A stretch of 64,000 nucleotides of DNA from the NCBI GenBank assembly GCA_963833985.1, contig CAWIAD010000002.1, forward strand, positions 2,912,001 through 2,976,000, given 5' to 3'. The notes beneath the pieces are model-generated. The model ran no database searches and was not told the origin of the DNA. It saw only the letters and a list, made by a program, of their open reading frames with translations. The position numbers and the translations under genes were made by a program. Origin of the DNA: an uncultured Planctomycetaceae bacterium. GTDB taxonomy: Bacteria; Planctomycetota; Planctomycetia; Isosphaerales; Isosphaeraceae. Positions 1-9,536 of the stretch are shown one piece after another (the stretch's first letter is position 1; each line of letters starts with the position of its first letter).

Positions 1-280
1 CTCTCTGCCGGGGTTGCTCCGTGACAGTAGGCCCTGGCCTCGAACGTGCGCGGCTGTTCAGTTTGTCTTGACTCTCATGGCTCGGTCACTGCACGTCGTT
101 CCGTCCGGCTTGTGGCAGAACGTGATGCAACCCGCGTTGAGAACGAAACCGTTCATTTAGTAGCTTATGCAAACGTGCATCGCTGGGGTCTCTGGTCATT
201 CTCCGATTCTTTTTCGGAGAGTTCTTTCGGGGCGTGCGGCTTCTAGGTCTGCCTTCAGGCGTTCTTGCGGAGGGTTCAAG

Positions 281-1432
281 ATGAATCGAAGAGTTCGCGG
301 TTTCACTCTGATCGAGCTGCTCGTGGTGATTGCCATCATCGCTGTTCTGATCTCCCTTCTTCTGCCGGCCGTTCAGTCCGCGCGGGAGGCGGCACGGCGG
401 GCGCAGTGTACGAACAATATGAAGCAGATAGGCCTGGCGATGCACAACTACGTCAGCGCCAACGATGCTCTGCCGCCGGTCTGCATTGACCAGCAGTGGA
501 ACAGCAGTAACAGTGCTTTGCCGCAGCCGCATCAGAACTGGTCCCAGCATGCGCGGCTCCTGCCTTACATGGAGCAGGCGCCGCTGTACAACTCGATCAA
601 CTGGAACTTCGGCGCTCGCTGGAGCGACGGCGATACCGTCTACAGCGACGTCAATCCGCCGGACATCAACGCCGCGGGCGGCAGCGACAGCATTCCCCAG
701 TGCACGGTGCTGGTCCAGACGATCAGCTCGTTGCTCTGTCCGTCGGACAGCAATCGCGGTGGCGTCGGTCAGTTTGCTATCGGCGGCATGGCACGGACGG
801 TGGGGAGCTTCAGCTATCCGGCGAATATCGGGCTGAACCGGCGGATCACCGGCAACTCGCTGGGCATGACGCCCGTCGATTCAAGCTGGAAGCTGAACGG
901 TCCCAACTACGTGGCCAGCAGCTGGGACAACGCGGTCAACGCCACCACCAACCTGTCGACGTTTTCCGACGGCACCAGCAACACGGCGATCTTCAGCGAG
1001 TGGCTCAACGCCACGGGGACCGGGAACCCCCCTCCTCAGCAGGGGCTCTCGATCGTGTACAACTTCGTCCCGTCGACGGCTTCCAACGGATACCCGACGG
1101 ACCTCCAGTTCAAGCAAGTGTGCGACAACACGCCCATTCTCAGTGCCAACTTCAACTGGGGCTGGAAGGGTGAATGGTGGTGCTTCGGCGGCACCTCGAT
1201 TTACTCGCACACGCAGACGCCCAACCGGACGTCGTGCGCCTACTCCGACATCGGCCAGGACGGTCGCGGGACGATCACAGCGGTTACCGCCAGCTCGAAG
1301 CACCCCGGTGGTGTGAACGTGCTGTTCATGGACGGCTCCGTGCGTTTCATCAAGAGCTCGGTGAGTTACCAGGCATGGTACGCCATCGCCACTCCGAGCT
1401 ACGGTGAAGTCGTCAGCGCGGATTCGTACTGA
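281..1432 (+). CDS. DUF1559 / prepilin-type N-terminal cleavage-methylation domain protein with H-X9-DG motif
   Basis: Starts [57 protein letters not shown]; contains DGTSNT and C-terminal [17 protein letters not shown] 281 follows GGAGGG. Confidence 0.93.
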   Translation: MNRRVRGFTLIELLVVIAIIAVLISLLLPAVQSAREAARRAQCTNNMKQIGLAMHNYVSANDALPPVCIDQQWNSSNSALPQPHQNWSQHARLLPYMEQAPLYNSINWNFGARWSDGDTVYSDVNPPDINAAGGSDSIPQCTVLVQTISSLLCPSDSNRGGVGQFAIGGMARTVGSFSYPANIGLNRRITGNSLGMTPVDSSWKLNGPNYVASSWDNAVNATTNLSTFSDGTSNTAIFSEWLNATGTGNPPPQQGLSIVYNFVPSTASNGYPTDLQFKQVCDNTPILSANFNWGWKGEWWCFGGTSIYSHTQTPNRTSCAYSDIGQDGRGTITAVTASSKHPGGVNVLFMDGSVRFIKSSVSYQAWYAIATPSYGEVVSADSY

Positions 1433-1557
1433 GCCTGATCTGTTCCAGCAAATGTAGTTGCCCGTCGTCGAGCCGCAGATTCTTCTGGCTCGGCGGCGGG
1501 CATCGTGCATTGATCGGGACACGGGCTATTCTTGGCGGAGCGGAAAAGGCTCTTTGA

Positions 1558-2893
1558 TCAGGGGACTTGCTCGCGCAGTGCTTCCCGTGAGCCCAGCAGG
1601 GCAATCAGGCCGTCGGCGATCGACCCGCGCCAGCAGCAGTAGTCGTGGCCCCCGACGTATTCCGAGTAGGCCACGGCATGGCCTCTGGCTTCGAGAACAT
1701 CGCGCAGCCGCCGGTTCTCCAGAACCATGTTTTGCACGGCGCCTTGTTTGAACTGGCCGACCTCGAGATAGAACCGCAGGGGTTTCATAGAGGACCTGGC
1801 GAACTGCCGTGTCAGCCAGCCCGTCTCCATATCGAAAGTCGCGGCGTGCCGGTCGCCGGCCGCAGGGGAGTACCAGAACGAGCCAGATTGGGACAGGACG
1901 CCACCGAAGACCTCGGGGTGGCGCAGGGCCGCGTGGGCCGCGGCCAGACCTCCCAGGCTCTGGCCGGCGATGATCGTATGCGCGGGGTCAAGGCCGGCAT
2001 GGTGTTCGGCGCGCACCCACGGGACGAGCTCCCGGGAAAGGAAGTCGGAGAAGTGCTCCGAACAGCGCAGGTTTCGCGTCCGGTTCGCCGCACTCACTGA
2101 ACCGACAAGAACCACGACCGTGCGTGGGATTTTGCCAGCACTCTGGAGGTTCGCAACGATCCGCGGAATCGGAATCATGGTGTCGTCTGCCTTACCTCCG
2201 TTGCTCTCGCCATCGAGAGCCACGAGCAGGCTGGATGGAGCATCGGCGCCGCCTCCGACGGCGGTGCGTGCAATCCAGATCCTGGAAGGATGCTCGAGGA
2301 TCGCGCTGCGGATCTCGACTTCGAGCACCGCGGGCTCCGGCACGCCGGCCCTTGCATTCAGCCAGGGCTGCGGGGGTGCCTGCGGCAACTCCACGAGCGA
2401 ACTGATGCCGAGCCTCCTGGGGTTGAGCGGATCGGATCTTGGGAAAGGGTTACGTGACGATTCGCCGGGGACCATCTTCGGGTAGTTGACCAGAAACATG
2501 TAGCCGAAGCGCGCGAGCGGGGACCTTTTGCGTCAGGAACCAGACGTCGGTTCCCGCAAGGCAATCGAGCGTCTCGTCACCTCCGGGAACACCTCCGATC
2601 AAGAAGACCCGCCTGGTCTTCTCGTCTCCGTGCCAGACGAACGTGATCTGCACCCGATCCGCTGAACCGTGGATCGGCTCGATGATCGGCGTGTTCCCCT
2701 CGATCTCTTGCCAGAATCGCCTCAGCGCCGTCGGATCGCCGTGTCGAATCGCCTCGTCCAGGGCTGCAATGCGCGGGCTTTCCGGTCGTTCGTCGGGAAC
2801 AGGTGGACCCGCGCCGCCGACTCGACGGCCAGCAACCGTGACGATCAAAAGCAGCGCGGTCACGATCCGAGAGCGGGCAACTAACGCCAGCAT
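1558..2893 (-). pseudogene. Secreted enterochelin esterase (Fes)-like alpha/beta hydrolase, split by a frameshift near 2510 (possibly a sequencing error)
   Basis: ORF 2450..2893 has a signal peptide and the Fes-type N-terminus (FWQEI..TPIIEP..ITFVW..TDVWFL). ORF 1558..2499 has LDGE, GQSLGG nucleophile motif, SQSGSFW and GGHD. Adding GC at the GCGCGC run (2509-2516) joins them as PARARFGYMFL. Confidence 0.75.
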
Positions 2894-2918
2894 GGTGTTT
2901 CCCCGGGAACTTCCAGTC

Positions 2919-2939
2919 TCATTAATGATAATTACACTA
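2919..2939. promoter_or_regulatory. AT-rich putative operator (Fur-box-like) upstream of the Fes-like gene
   Basis: TCATTAATGA is a perfect palindrome (2919-2928). ATTAATGATAATTACACTA (2921-2939) matches 12/19 of GATAATGATAATCATTATC and lies about 30 bp upstream of the start. Confidence 0.3.
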
Positions 2940-2993
2940 TTTCATAAAATGGGGTGCCGTTGATGCCGGCGCTGCCCTCCGCTAGGCTCCCGT

Positions 2994-4373
2994 TCATTGC
3001 GACGGATTCCGATTCTGCTCGACGATGCGCACGATGATATCATCGTGAAAGTCAGGGCATTCCAGTTGGGGCCTGGTTCCTTCACGCGTGCCGAGGTCTG
3101 AAGTCTTCAGCGTCTTCCCTGAGGAGGGGTCAATCCACTCCAGGCGATAGGATCGCGCCGGCAGGTTCAATGTGATCGCCGGCATACGTCCGCTGGAGAC
3201 GTACAGCAAGTAAATGCCGTGTTTCCGGTCTGACATACCCATGATCTGGGTTGTGTTCCCTTCGAGCCTGTCATGGAAGCTGCTGTCCGCGACGGTGTGG
3301 GCCAGGTCAAGGCCATCGAAGATCTTCTTCAGCACCGAGAGCTGCCGGCGCAGGCTCGGGCCGCCGCCGCCGGGGGTGGGGTCGCTCACGCGGGCCGCGC
3401 CGGTGGGACGCTCGGCCGTGAAGGAGTAGTCCAGGTTGCTGAAGACCGCGCCGCCGGCCATCAGGAACTGCCATGCCTGGCGGCTGTAGACCGCGTCGCT
3501 GGTCCCCTTGAAGCCGGTCTCATCGAAGGCGATCGGCTTGCGCAGGGCCGCGTTCTCGCGCACGGCGTCCGGGGGCGACGCGTAGTGAAAATTGAAAATC
3601 GATACCCACGGGTCCGGATTCGTGATCCTGGCACTGCCGTTGGCGATGTTCTGGGCGATCAGGTGCTTGTTCGGCAGGTCTTCTTCGGCAGCCGCGATGG
3701 CCTCGGAGATCTTTCGCTGCCAGTCGAGCGTCACGCCGCCGAAGTATGGCTCGTTGCAGATCTCGAAGTACAGGTTGTCGAACGCGTTCAGTTCGGTGAC
3801 GAGGCGAGTCACCAGTGCGACCTGCCGGCGCAGGAGGTCTGGGTGTTTGAGTGTGTAGGCCTCGTCACGCGGGCAATGGCCCACGCCGTTCCGATTGTTG
3901 CGACCGTTCATGGGGTTCACGGACCAGAGGTTTTCCTCGTAGAACGGGCAGAAGAGGACAAACTCGACCACGATCCCCCGTCTGCCGGCCTCGGTCATGA
4001 ACCGCCGGAGACGAGCCAGGTACTCCGGATCGATCTCATCCAGGTCGTACTTGCCGTCGCGCAGCATCCAGGGAGACTGGTAGCGCCCGGGCTCAGGCGC
4101 CAGGGTGTTGCCCTGGATCTTGAAGGAACCGGGAACCTCGCGGTACGTGCCGGAAAAGGTCCGCGTCAGGTTGAACCCGCGCGCCTCAAGCTCGGCCAGG
4201 TAGGGCACGAAATCGAACTGCCGATTGAGCACGGCGCCGTAGTGCTCTCCCGAGGTCAGCAAAACGGTGGGCTTGCCCCGGAACAGGAAGTAATGCGGAT
4301 TCTCAGGGAGCAGCGTCAGCGGACTGCTCGCCGTGATCATGCAGGCGGCCAGGAGGACGGCAGAAAGATCCAT
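2994..4373 (-). CDS. Secreted clan GH-A-like (GH5/cellulase-like) glycoside hydrolase with C-terminal beta domain
   Basis: Signal-like start MDLSAVLLAAC after GGAG; ENPHYFLFRGKP; acid/base motif EICNEP; nucleophile-like KPIAFDETG; C-terminal Y.LEWIDP.SG. Confidence 0.65.
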   Translation of the reverse strand: MDLSAVLLAACMITASSPLTLLPENPHYFLFRGKPTVLLTSGEHYGAVLNRQFDFVPYLAELEARGFNLTRTFSGTYREVPGSFKIQGNTLAPEPGRYQSPWMLRDGKYDLDEIDPEYLARLRRFMTEAGRRGIVVEFVLFCPFYEENLWSVNPMNGRNNRNGVGHCPRDEAYTLKHPDLLRRQVALVTRLVTELNAFDNLYFEICNEPYFGGVTLDWQRKISEAIAAAEEDLPNKHLIAQNIANGSARITNPDPWVSIFNFHYASPPDAVRENAALRKPIAFDETGFKGTSDAVYSRQAWQFLMAGGAVFSNLDYSFTAERPTGAARVSDPTPGGGGPSLRRQLSVLKKIFDGLDLAHTVADSSFHDRLEGNTTQIMGMSDRKHGIYLLYVSSGRMPAITLNLPARSYRLEWIDPSSGKTLKTSDLGTREGTRPQLECPDFHDDIIVRIVEQNRNPSQ

Positions 4374-4593
4374 GGTGATCTCGATCTCCGCGCCGGGAAG
4401 AGGTCGGGTCATGCGCCGGAAACGACGACATCATCGTACGGAGGCCCCTGGACCGAAACCATGGTCTCGGGCTGCTCTGTGGCATGTGACGTCCGCGCCT
4501 CGTAAAATGCTGCCGTCCGGTCCCACCACGACACCGCTCGGATCCTGCCTGCTGGAGCAACGACAGGCGAGCCAGACCCATGAGGACTTCCCC

Positions 4594-5967
4594 ATGAACC
4601 ACGCCGTCCATCGCCGCTCATTCCTCCACGGAGCCTCGGTTGCGGGATTCGGTATCTTCGCCAGCGGGCGGCACGGAGAGGCGGGAGCCGTGAGCCCGAA
4701 CGAAACCCTGAACATCGCGTGCATTGGCGTGGGGGGGAAGGGGGAGAGCGACACGCGGCACGCGTCGAAATTCGGCAAGATCGTCGCGGTCTGCGATATC
4801 GACGAGCAGCGCGGGGGTGCGAACTTTGAACGGTTCAAGGACGCGAAGCGCTACCACGACTATCGCAAGCTGCTCGAGGAGATGGGCTCGAAGATCGATG
4901 CGGTGACCGTCTCGGCGCCCGATCATCATCACGCGCCGGCCGCCGTGATGGCCATGCGGCTGGGAAAGCACGTCTATTGCCAGAAGCCGCTGACGCATTC
5001 GGTCTGGGAAGCGCGATTGATGCGCGAAACAGCCAGGGAAAAGGGCGTCTGCACACAGATGGGCAACCAGGGGACGGCGAATCCCGGTTTTCGGCGCGGC
5101 GTGGAGATCATCCGCTCCGGCGCCATTGGAGAGATTCGCGAGGTTCACGTCTGGACGAACCGGCCGTTCAAGTACTGGAAGCAGGCGCCCGACCTGGTGG
5201 CGCGCCCGCAGGACACTCCGGGGATTCCCAACCACGTACACTGGTACGAATTTCTCGGCCCCGCGCCCGACCGGCCGTATCATCCGGTGTATCACCCGCA
5301 CAACTGGCGGGGATGGTGGGATTTCGGTACCGGCTCGCTGGGCGACATGGCCTGTCACACCACCAACCTGGCGTTCATGGCGCTCAAGCTGGGGCTGCCC
5401 ACGCGCGTCTCCGCCCACAGCGGCGAGATCAACCCGGAGACCTATCCGGCCTGGGCGACGATCACCTACGAGTTCCCGGCCCGCGAGGGCCTGCCGCCGG
5501 TAAAGCTGACGTGGAACGAGGGAGCCAGGGACGGCCGGCGCAACCTGCCTTTCGCCGAACTGTTCCCGCCCGGGTTCAGGTACAGCGACAGCGGATCCCT
5601 CTTTGTCGGGTCGAAAGGCAAGCTCTATTCCCCCAGCGACAACGGCGCCGACCAGATCCTCTTGCCGGAGGCCGAGTTCAAGGGCTTTCATGCTCCCCCG
5701 CCATCGCTTCCCAGGATCGAGGGGAAGGATGACGAGGACCAGGATCACAAGCAGGAGTGGATCGAGGCCATCCGCGCGAACAAGCCGGCGCACGCCCTTT
5801 CCAACTTCGCGTACGCGTCCACCGTCACCGAGGCGATGTTGCTGGGCAACGTGGCGGTGCGCTCCGGCGAGACGATCGAATACGACCCGGCCAGCGGACG
5901 GATCACGAACAGCTCGAGTGCAAGCCAGTACCTCAAACCCTATTTCCGCAAGGGATGGGAGATCTGA
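4594..5967 (+). CDS. Tat-exported Gfo/Idh/MocA family oxidoreductase
   Basis: HRRSFL Tat motif; IACIGVGGKG Rossmann motif; APDHHH; HVYCQKPL; QMGNQG; WRGWWDFGTGSLGDMACH. Confidence 0.93.
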   Translation: MNHAVHRRSFLHGASVAGFGIFASGRHGEAGAVSPNETLNIACIGVGGKGESDTRHASKFGKIVAVCDIDEQRGGANFERFKDAKRYHDYRKLLEEMGSKIDAVTVSAPDHHHAPAAVMAMRLGKHVYCQKPLTHSVWEARLMRETAREKGVCTQMGNQGTANPGFRRGVEIIRSGAIGEIREVHVWTNRPFKYWKQAPDLVARPQDTPGIPNHVHWYEFLGPAPDRPYHPVYHPHNWRGWWDFGTGSLGDMACHTTNLAFMALKLGLPTRVSAHSGEINPETYPAWATITYEFPAREGLPPVKLTWNEGARDGRRNLPFAELFPPGFRYSDSGSLFVGSKGKLYSPSDNGADQILLPEAEFKGFHAPPPSLPRIEGKDDEDQDHKQEWIEAIRANKPAHALSNFAYASTVTEAMLLGNVAVRSGETIEYDPASGRITNSSSASQYLKPYFRKGWEI

Positions 5968-5994
5968 GAATCACCGCCAGCCTTGCCGCAGCTC

Positions 5995-6777
5995 TCAGAA
6001 AATCTTCGCCAGGCAGCCGCCGTCCACGGTGATGCAGGCGCCGGTGATGTAGCTGCCGGCATCGCTGGCCAGCAGGAGCGCGGGGCCGGCAAGCTCCTCG
6101 GGCTGGCCCCAGCGGTTCAGGGACGTGGTCCGGGCGAACTCGTCCTGCTTCTCCTTGGAAAGCAGCCCCAGCGGCAGATCGGTCAGAAACGGACCAGGCG
6201 CCAGGCAGTTCACCGTGATGCCGTATGGCCCCAGGTCGCTGGCGCTGGCGCGTGCCAGGCCCAGGAGCGCGCTCTTGGTGGCCGAGTAGGCATTGCGCCC
6301 GCCTGCCGAGCTGAACCCCATGATCGACGAGATGTGAATGATCCGCCCCCAGCGCCGCTCTTTCATATAAGGCACGAGCGCGCGGGCAAGCGCCATGCAC
6401 GACGTCAGGTTGAGCTCCACGAGGTTGTCCCAGTCTTCATCGCGGATCTCATCAATGGGCTGTGGGATGTTGTTCCCCGCGTTGTTGACCAGGATGTCGA
6501 CCCGACCCAGGGCCTCGATGGCCGCACGGGCCAGACTGTCGGCCTGACCGCGCTGGCTCATGTCGGCCACGGCATACTCCGCTCGACTGCTGGAGGCGGA
6601 CCGGATCTCGGTGGCCGCGGCTTGCAGCTCATTCTCGTGGCGGCTGGAGATGAAGACGTCCGCACCGGCCTGGGCGAACCCGAGCGCCATGGCCTTGCCC
6701 AGCCCCTTGCTGCCGCCCGTGACAAGTGCCGCTCTGCCTGACAGATCGAATTTCTTTGAGATCATCATCATCTCCAT
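5995..6777 (-). CDS. Short-chain dehydrogenase/reductase (SDR)
   Basis: TGGSKGLG, NNAG, catalytic YSATK, ITVNCLAPG, VDGG. The exact start among several Met codons is uncertain. Confidence 0.93.
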   Translation of the reverse strand: MEMMMISKKFDLSGRAALVTGGSKGLGKAMALGFAQAGADVFISSRHENELQAAATEIRSASSSRAEYAVADMSQRGQADSLARAAIEALGRVDILVNNAGNNIPQPIDEIRDEDWDNLVELNLTSCMALARALVPYMKERRWGRIIHISSIMGFSSAGGRNAYSATKSALLGLARASASDLGPYGITVNCLAPGPFLTDLPLGLLSKEKQDEFARTTSLNRWGQPEELAGPALLLASDAGSYITGACITVDGGCLAKIF

Positions 6778-6849
6778 GGAAACCGCCGTGATGTGCGTTG
6801 GCTTGTGCCTGCCCGCTCCGACTCTGGGGTCCAGGAACCATGAAGCGAA

Positions 6850-7210
6850 TTATTCCTGGAGCTCGTTCCGGAAGGTCTGTAGTTCCGGGCAGAGGGCGGC
6901 AAGCTGGACCAGCTCCTTGAGCCTCGCCTCGTCGCTCACGGTGTCGAGCCGGGCGGCAAAGTCTTCGGCCTGAGGACCGAACCGTGCTGAGAGGAGTTCC
7001 ACAATGGTCCGGCGCCTGGTCTGAAGCGCCGCCTCGCGTGCTGCTTCACGGGTCCATTCTTCTTTCAGTTCTTGAAGCACGGGTGATTCGATCATGGCGT
7101 TTCGTCCTCCCAGGAGCTGCAAAAGACCTCGCTCATTATACCGCAAACTTGCAAGCACCTGCGTGACGGCCAGCAGGTTCTCTCGTTGCTCCTCTGTCGT
7201 ACTCTTGCAT
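6850..7210 (-). pseudogene. Internally deleted Rpn-like (PD-(D/E)XK nuclease / DUF4351-type C-terminus) gene remnant; intact internal ORF 6850..7095
   Basis: AAGGA RBS plus ATG at 7210 (MQEYDR..) is joined out of frame to EEQRENLLAVTQVLASLRYN..GGRNAMIESPVLQELKEEW..IVELLSARFG..LDTVSDEARLKELVQLAALCPEL. An internal ATG at 7095 is preceded by GGAGG. Confidence 0.6.
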
Positions 7211-7264
7211 CGAGTGATCCTTATTGAGCGCAACCCATCCGGAAGGGTTCCCGAGGGGCGCAGC

Positions 7265-8236
7265 TCAATCGACCCCGCAGGCGGCGCGGGCGCGGTCGAG
7301 AACCTTGTGGGCCGTGGCGCAGGCGCGCTCGGCGCCTGCGGCGCGGATCTGGGCCACGCGCTCGGGGTGGGCGGCCCACTCCGCGCGCGCCTCGCGGGCC
7401 GGGCCGAAGTGGCCAATGATCGCCTCGGCCAGGCGAGTCTTCATCTCGCCGTAACCGATGCCCCCTTCACGGTAGCGTCGGTCCACCTCGGCAAGGTCGT
7501 CGGACGGGGCGAAGAGCTTGTAGAGCGCGAAGAGCGAGCTGTCATCCGGGTTCTTGGGCGCCTCGACCGGGGCGCTGTCGGTGACGATCCGCTTCACCTT
7601 CTTGCGAATGGTGGCGGGGTCGTCGAAGATCTCGATCGTGTTGCTGTAGCTCTTGGACATCTTCTGACCGTCGAGGCCCGGCACCACCGCCACGTTGTCC
7701 AGGATGTAGGGCTTGGGCAGCCGGAACACATCCTCGTTGCCGCCATACACGCGGTTGAACCGCTCGGCGATATCGCGGGTGATCTCCAGGTGTTGCTTCT
7801 GGTCCTGCCCCACGGGCACGAGGTCGGCGTCGTAGAGCAAGATGTCGGCCGCCTGAAGCACCGGGTAGGCGAACAGTCCGTGCTCGGCAGGCAGCCCTTG
7901 CTGAACCTTGTCCTTGAAGCTCACGCATTTCTCCAGCCAGCCCATGGGGGTGACCGACGTCAACAGCCAGGCCAGTTCGGTGGTTTCCGGAACGTCGGAC
8001 TGGACGAAGACCGTGGCCTTTTGCGGGTCGAGCCCCAGCGCGAGCAGGTCAGCCAGCACGTCAAAGACGTGCTGGCGCATCCGCGGCGCGTCGCGCACGC
8101 TGGTGAGCGCATGGTAGTTGGCCACGAAGTAGTAGGCTTCATTGCCCTCTTGCAGCGCGATGTACTGGCGGATGGCACCAAAGTAATTACCGATGTGCAA
8201 GGCGCCCGAGGGCTGGATTCCGGAAAGGATGCGCAT
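7265..8236 (-). CDS. trpS: Tryptophan--tRNA ligase
   Basis: MRILSGIQPSGALHIGNY (HIGH-like), YPVLQAADIL, VPVGQDQKQHLE, KMSKS. Confidence 0.97.
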   Translation of the reverse strand: MRILSGIQPSGALHIGNYFGAIRQYIALQEGNEAYYFVANYHALTSVRDAPRMRQHVFDVLADLLALGLDPQKATVFVQSDVPETTELAWLLTSVTPMGWLEKCVSFKDKVQQGLPAEHGLFAYPVLQAADILLYDADLVPVGQDQKQHLEITRDIAERFNRVYGGNEDVFRLPKPYILDNVAVVPGLDGQKMSKSYSNTIEIFDDPATIRKKVKRIVTDSAPVEAPKNPDDSSLFALYKLFAPSDDLAEVDRRYREGGIGYGEMKTRLAEAIIGHFGPAREARAEWAAHPERVAQIRAAGAERACATAHKVLDRARAACGVD

Positions 8237-8601
8237 GAAAAGAAAAACTCGCTGAGGACGGCTGCGGCGGAAGGTTCCTGGCATGATCCGGGGACAACAG
8301 CCTGATCCCGATGAACGGGCCCCGGCTGACGGTCCGCAGTCTGATCAGTCTACCAGCCAAGGAGATGCCGTCCAAGACGCCGAGCCGAATCAGTAACACG
8401 CTCGATCAATGGATCAACCGGCACGCGGGCACCTCCCATGGTATCGCGTGGTGGTCGCATATCTTCGTTGTATCCTCTTTGGTCAGGCTGTTTGAGGCCG
8501 GAAATGGGTGCAAGTACTCCTTGAATGCTGCTGCTGGCATGCACGCTGTCGGGCCGCGCAAATCGAGCCGGTGGGGTCGGTGCTCTGGGTGAGAGCATCA
8601 T

Positions 8602-8751
8602 CTAGGGCGGTTTTCACTCGGATCGCAGACTGAGACCGTGGGGCAGGCATTCCTGCCTGCCGGAGCAGGCCTGTCCTGGCAGACAGGAATGTCTGCCCCC
8701 ATTTCCAAAGATCTCAGAAACTGCTTGCAACCCGTCAGAAAACCGCCCCAG
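8602..8751. mobile_element. MITE-like element (copy 1) carrying an internal REP-type hairpin
   Basis: Terminal inverted repeats CTAGGGCGGTTTTC (8602-8615) and GAAAACCGCCCCAG (8738-8751), 13/14 match. Internal palindrome GGGGCAGGCATTCCTGCCTGCC..GGCAGACAGGAATGTCTGCCCC (about 8638-8700). A related copy lies at 20306. Confidence 0.7.
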
Positions 8752-9536
8752 GAGTATCAGTCTAATGCGGATCGAGCGTGGGCTCGCATCGGCTTGCGCT
8801 GCGACAGGGGCAGAAGTCCGGTATGGCCCGGCAGGTGGCCCGCGGCGAGATCCGATTTTTTCGACGTCTTCATCGTCGCAAACGACTTCGGTGCGGCCCT
8901 GAGGTCCCAACTTGAGACGGCCGATCTGCGGGCTTTCGTGGCCGATGCCGGCGCGAATGTTTCTACCGCGATCGAGACGATTGCGTACGCGAGCCCAGAC
9001 GCCGGGATCGTCCTCGTCGCGATTCCCGATGTGCCATTCCTGCCGGACCTCCCGGGCGCAGTCCCGCGCGGCGGTTGTTAACGCTTACGCGCCGAAGCCT
9101 GACGCATCGGATCCGAACTCGAGACAGACCAGCACACGCCGCGCGGCGCCACGCGATGATCCGGCTTTGGTGCTTTCTTTTGTCCGCCAGGTTCTGGTAG
9201 ACTCATTCATCTCCAGGTCCACAGTTCGGTCCGGCAGGAGAATCATGCGCCCTTCATCTTCACCGGTGTCAGAGCATGAGACCTATCTCAGGCTCTTCAT
9301 CACCAACGCCGGCGGCTGGTAGCATCGTCGTCGCGCTGTGCCTGTCGCTTTTCCGCCCGGGGCAGCCCGGTTCCTGGGCAGTTTGATCCAACCGTCACGG
9401 GCCTCTCGATTTTGTGAGTCGAGAACCCGGCACAACTCCCGCTGAGTAAAGCGTGCGTGGATCATTCCAGCGCAGATCGCGCGCCCGCGCTGCGACATGT
9501 CGCCGCTACCCATCACCATTCGCCACGGAGGCCTGC

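Noticed and set aside
281..1432. DUF1559 gene as part of a pilus or secretion locus
   Set aside because: No assembly genes lie downstream in the window, and this family is highly expanded and scattered in planctomycetes.
8237..8600. T-box or attenuator upstream of trpS
   Set aside because: No T-box consensus, Trp-rich leader peptide or U-tailed terminator was seen.
8638..9322. ORFs 8638..9081 and 8912..9322
   Set aside because: The first starts inside the REP hairpin; neither has a clear RBS or recognisable motif. A short gene upstream of the efflux operon cannot be excluded.
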